Below, in pieces: positions 8,260 to 11,223 of a stretch of DNA of 11,223 bases (position 1 is its first letter; each line of letters begins with the position of its first letter). The DNA is from a virus. Taxonomy: Duplodnaviria > Heunggongvirae > Uroviricota > Caudoviricetes. Made by a program: the position numbers and the translations under genes. The stretch lies in the IMG/VR virus record IMGVR_UViG_2740892232_000003, one strand, 5' to 3'. Under the pieces are notes generated by a model. That model did not search any database. It saw only the letters and a list, made by a program, of their open reading frames with translations, and had not been told where the DNA came from.

Positions 8260-8761
8260 CGGGTATCTTCAGACCCATACTGATATGCCAGGCAGTGATG
8301 ACCTGAAGGGCATTAACGTGAAATACCGTTATGAATTTACGGACACGCTGGGGCTGGTGACGTCATTCAGTTATGCAGGATACAAGAATCGTCAGCTGAC
8401 CCGTTACAGCGATACCCGCTGGCATAAAGATTCCGTGCGTAACCGCTGGTCCAGCGTGATGGCGGGGCCGTCTGTGCGCGTGAATGAATGGTTCAGCGCG
8501 TATGCGATGGCGGGTATGGCTTACAGCCGTGTTTCGACTTTTTCCGGGGATTACCTCCGCGTAACTGACAACAAGGGGAAAACGCACGATGTGCTGACCG
8601 GAAGTGATGACGGTCGCCACAGCAACACGTCTCTGGCGTGGGGGGCTGGCGTGCAGTTTAACCCGACCGAATCCGTGGCCATTGATATTGCTTATGAAGG
8701 TTCTGGCAGTGGTGACTGGCGCACTGACGGTTTCATCGTGGGTGTCGGTTATAAGTTCTGA
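8260..8761 (+). CDS. lom: Second lom copy (Ail/Lom family), 5'-truncated by the gap
   Basis: The translation (GYLQTHTDMPGSDDLKGINVKYRYEFTDTLGLVTSF...AYEGSGSGDWRTDGFIVGVGYKF, stop at 8759-8761) is about 90% identical to the lom at 7327-7926. It is a distinct allele (for example YAGYKNRQLTRYSD versus YADAEDEQKTHYSD). Confidence 0.88.
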
Positions 8762-8785
8762 TTAGCCAGGTAACACAGTGTTATG

Positions 8786-8795
8786 NNNNNNNNNN
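8786..8795. other. Run of 10 N (probable scaffold spacer)
   Basis: Exactly 10 N, with unrelated sequence on either side. Confidence 0.95.
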
Positions 8796-9095
8796 TTGGT
8801 TTTAGTTTCGCTGCTTAACTTACCGTTACTGACTACACATGTGGACCGTTCGGACTTTACCCGCATACCAATAAGCATTTTTTCCAGCCCGGCATTTTCA
8901 TTTATTCGTCGGTTTGAACCACCTATATCACAATACGGAAAACCGTCGTACCCACCTGATGAACCAAACCCCATTACGATCCCCGCATCTGCCTGATGCC
9001 GGTATGTGTCAAAAACACGCGGTGCTGCATTTGGCGTTTTATACCAGTTCTTATGTACCTCACAAAGAACCGTAAAAGGAAGATTATAAAGATTA

Positions 9096-9105
9096 NNNNN
9101 NNNNN
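9096..9105. other. Run of 10 N (probable scaffold spacer)
   Basis: Exactly 10 N. Confidence 0.95.
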
Positions 9106-9112
9106 AGTGGAT

Positions 9113-9399
9113 ATGGCAGCAGTAAAAATCTCAGGTGTGCTGAAAGATGGTGCGGGAAAACCAATACAGAACTGCACTATTCAACTGAAGGCAAAGCGTA
9201 ACAGCACCACGGTACTGGTGAACACGGTGGCCTCTGAAAATCCGGATGAAGCCGGGCGTTACAGCATGGATGTTGAGTATGGCCAGTACAGCGTCACCCT
9301 GCTGGTTGAAGGTTTTCCGCCTTCACATGCCGGGACCATTACCGTCTATGAAGGTTCCAGACCAGGTACGCTGAATGATTTTCTCGGTGCCATGACGGA
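9113..9399 (+). CDS. stf: Side tail fibre protein, N-terminal 95 codons; a third allele, truncated by gaps on both sides
   Basis: The translation (MAAVKISGVLKDGAGKPIQNCTIQLKAKRNSTTVLVNTVASENPDEAGRYSMDVEYGQYSVTLLVEGFPPSHAGTITVYEGSRPGTLNDFLGAMT) is the Stf N-terminus again, distinct from the copies at 8078 (+) and 11144 (-). Confidence 0.85.
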
Positions 9400-9409
9400 N
9401 NNNNNNNNN
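9400..9409. other. Run of 10 N (probable scaffold spacer)
   Basis: Exactly 10 N. Confidence 0.95.
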
Positions 9410-10610
9410 CCGCGTTACCGGTGCCGTCCCCGTAACAATAAAAGATGATGCGCCTGTACCAGCCTCAATCTGTGGAGTGGTTACATCGAGATAATCCCCT
9501 GATGCAACCATCTGCCCTGTATCCGGAGAATACTGGACAAAACCACCAACCGTATTTTCTGTTGTATCTGCTTTTAATGTAGCCTCAAAAAATATCCAGC
9601 CAGTTGCATCATCCTTAACAGACCTTGCTGTAACACGGCTTGTCTGACCTGTCTTGCTAATTATGCGGGTGGTAAGGTTCAGGTTTGCTGCTCCTATTGA
9701 TGTCCTTACCTCCCCATCATAATGTTCAAATAAAATACGAACGGCGATATTATCAACTTCACTTTTTACCCGACAGGATATAGTTACATGCTTTTCGTCC
9801 CCTGAAGTATCAACCCCTCCGGTACTCGAATACAGTCCGATAATGGTATGCGCTTTACTTGTACCAACAATCGAATCCTGTACGACAAACCGGCCATAAT
9901 TAAACCCGAAACTATCTGTGCCTGTTTCTGTAACGTCCAGTGAAGTTGACTTATTCCACTTCGAAGGGTCTGTACTGTTCGGGAAGAAGTTCGTTCTTTG
10001 CCCCTCAATAAGCAGGCCATCACACTCAAATCGTGGCTCATTAATTTCCGCCGTTTTCAGTTCGCCAGATTTGTTGATATATGTTGCCGTTGATGCGCGA
10101 CTGAAATTAACCTGTTTATCACTGGCAACCTGAACCACATTATCACCAATCTTCACTTTTTTATAACCCGGAGAATAGCCCGTAATCATATCCAGCGAAT
10201 CATTAAAGGGTATCCACACATCCGGCAGCGGCTGTAAAACATATCTGTACGGCTCTGCTGTCTGGTTTGCGTATTCTCTGGCAGCATCTTCACTTGCTTT
10301 TGCTGCCGTCTGGCTTGCTGCCGATGCTTTCGCCGAGTTCGCCGCCGCTGTTTCGCTCACCTTTGCGTTGGCTTCACTGTCTTTGGCATTCGTCTCACTG
10401 GTTTTCGCTGCCGTCTGGCTGGATTTTGCGTTTTTTTCGCTGGCCTTTGTGGCTGTCTCGCTATTTTTCGCGCTGGTTTCTGATTTTTTGGCTGCTGTCG
10501 CGGAGTTTGCCGATGCAGTCTGCGAGGCCGCTGCCGCCTGTGCGCTGTTAGCTGCATTCGTTTCTGAGGTTTTCGCTGCATTCTTCGATGAGGCTGCTGC
10601 CGTTTCGGAT
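9410..10610 (-). CDS. stf: Side tail fibre protein, internal segment (Ala/Ser/Thr-rich repeat region plus a central domain); both ends run into gaps
   Basis: An open minus-strand frame spans the whole segment. It reads SETAAASSKNAAKTSETNAANSAQ...AKASEDAAREYANQTAEPYRYVLQPLPDVWIPFNDS...TGTAPVTR. The low-complexity Ala-rich repeats are typical of Stf-type fibre shafts, and the first 137 nt overlap the segment that carries the stf start (see repeat 10474-10758). Confidence 0.8.
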
Positions 10611-10758
10611 NNNNNNNNNNTTGGTTTCTGATTTTTTGGCTGCTGTCGCGGAGTTTGCCGATGCAGTCTGCGAGGCCGCTGCCGCTTGTGCGCTGTTAGC
10701 TGCATTCGTTTCTGAGGTTTTCGCTGCATTCTTCGATGAGGCTGCTGCCGTTTCGGAT
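10474..10758. repeat. 137 bp direct repeat flanking the N-run at 10611-10620 (10474-10610 versus 10622-10758, one mismatch)
   Basis: The two copies are identical except for gccgcctgtgcg versus gccgcttgtgcg. The offset of 148 nt preserves the stf reading frame (148 mod 3 = 1, matching the frame classes on the two sides). Confidence 0.85.
10611..10620. other. Run of 10 N (probable scaffold spacer between overlapping contig ends)
   Basis: Exactly 10 N, flanked by the 137 bp near-identical direct repeat. Confidence 0.95.
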
Positions 10759-11144
10759 TTCTTTGCCGCCGCTGCACTCTGTGATGACGCTCCGGCATGA
10801 CGTGCCACTTCATTCACCATCAGCTCAAAACGGCGCAGTGCCTCCGGACGGGCATCATCCTCCGTCATGGCACCGAGAAAATCATTCAGCGTACCGGGTT
10901 GAGAATCTTCATACACGGTGATGGTCCCGGCATGTGACGGCGGGAATCCTTCCACCAACAGAATAACGCTGTACTGACCGTACTCAACGTCCATGCTGTA
11001 ACGCCCGGCTTCATCCGGATTTTCTGAGGCCAGCGTGTTCACCACCACCGTGGTGCTGTTACGTTTTGCTTTCAGCTGGATTGTGCAGTTCTGTACCGGT
11101 TTTCCTGTGCCGTCTTTCAGTACACCTGAAATCTTTACTGCCAT
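10621..11144 (-). CDS. stf: Side tail fibre protein, N-terminal part (ATG at complement of 11142-11144); 3' end runs into the gap
   Basis: The translation is MAVKISGVLKDGTGKPVQNCTIQLKAKRNSTTVVVNTLASENPDEAGRYSMDVEYGQYSVILLVEGFPPSHAGTITVYEDSQPGTLNDFLGAMTEDDARPEALRRFELMVNEVARHAGA... This is the closest of the three copies to the lambda Stf N-terminus as I recall it. The ORF track lists an alternative start two codons upstream (MNM...). Confidence 0.88.
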
Positions 11145-11154
11145 ATTCACCCCA

Positions 11155-11182
11155 CAAAAAAGCCCGCCTGAACCGGCGGGCT
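11155..11182 (-). terminator. Rho-independent terminator between lom and stf (minus strand)
   Basis: The minus-strand sequence is agcccgcc-ggttca-ggcgggct followed by TTTTTTG: an 8 bp GC-rich stem (11161-11168 with 11175-11182), a 6 nt loop and a T-run. Confidence 0.7.
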
Positions 11183-11208
11183 GTCATAACACTGTGTTAC
11201 CTGGCTAA

Positions 11209-11223
11209 TCAGAACTTATAACC
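11209..11223 (-). CDS. lom: Last four codons and stop of a lom copy on the minus strand (runs off the window edge)
   Basis: The reverse complement of 11209-11223 is ggttataagttctga, encoding G-Y-K-F-stop. This is identical to the 3' end of the lom copy at 8749-8761. Confidence 0.5.
   Translation of the reverse strand, partial: GYKF

Noticed and set aside
8996-9448. A 150 aa plus-strand ORF (MPVCVKNTRCCIW...)
   Set aside because: It spans two N-runs. Its only meaningful part is the stf N-terminal fragment at 9113-9399, which is reported separately.
8250-10620. Regularly spaced N-runs with repeated flanking sequence, which could suggest a CRISPR-like or other periodic array
   Set aside because: The N-runs are ambiguity characters of uniform length 10, the intervening segments differ in length and are protein-coding fragments of lom and stf, and there are no short direct repeats of constant size.
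10357-10631. Short ORFs in the Ala-rich repeat region (74 aa on the minus strand, 87 aa on the plus strand)
   Set aside because: These are alternative-frame or antisense reads of the repetitive stf shaft-coding sequence; repeats like this routinely produce open frames in several phases.
10270-10800. Ala/Ser/Thr-rich repetitive coding DNA that might look like a standalone low-complexity or repeat element
   Set aside because: It is in frame within stf and matches the repetitive shaft region typical of Stf-type side tail fibres.
9323-10813. A 496 aa minus-strand ORF with an Arg/Gln/Pro-rich N-terminus (MKWHVMPERHHRVQRRQRNPKRQQ...)
   Set aside because: It is a composite created by reading through two N-runs. 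The first 64 or so residues are an out-of-frame read of the neighbouring stf segment, and the final residues after the 9400 gap are antisense to the plus-strand stf fragment. Only the middle part, 9410-10610, is a real stf segment.

Overview
This window is the tail-tip and tail-fibre end of a lambda-like (lambdoid) enterobacterial prophage, and I do not see an undescribed multi-gene system in it. On the + strand it runs: C-terminal part of tape-measure protein H, then M, L, K, I, J, lom, and the first 57 codons of a side tail fibre gene (stf). After position 8249 the sequence is a chain of short segments joined by five runs of exactly 10 N, which look like scaffold spacers. Those segments hold further partial copies of lom and stf in both orientations, consistent with collapsed repeats from several related prophages in a draft assembly. 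The most interesting feature is a roughly 340 bp AT-rich insert between I and J that has no credible ORF but carries a near-consensus sigma70 promoter and intrinsic terminators on the minus strand, a candidate small RNA. Other points worth a second look are a coiled-coil expansion with an 87 bp tandem repeat inside J, a divergent J C-terminus, and the repeat structure around the gaps. All homology statements rest on recalled lambda protein sequences and on motifs read directly from the translations; no database search was run.
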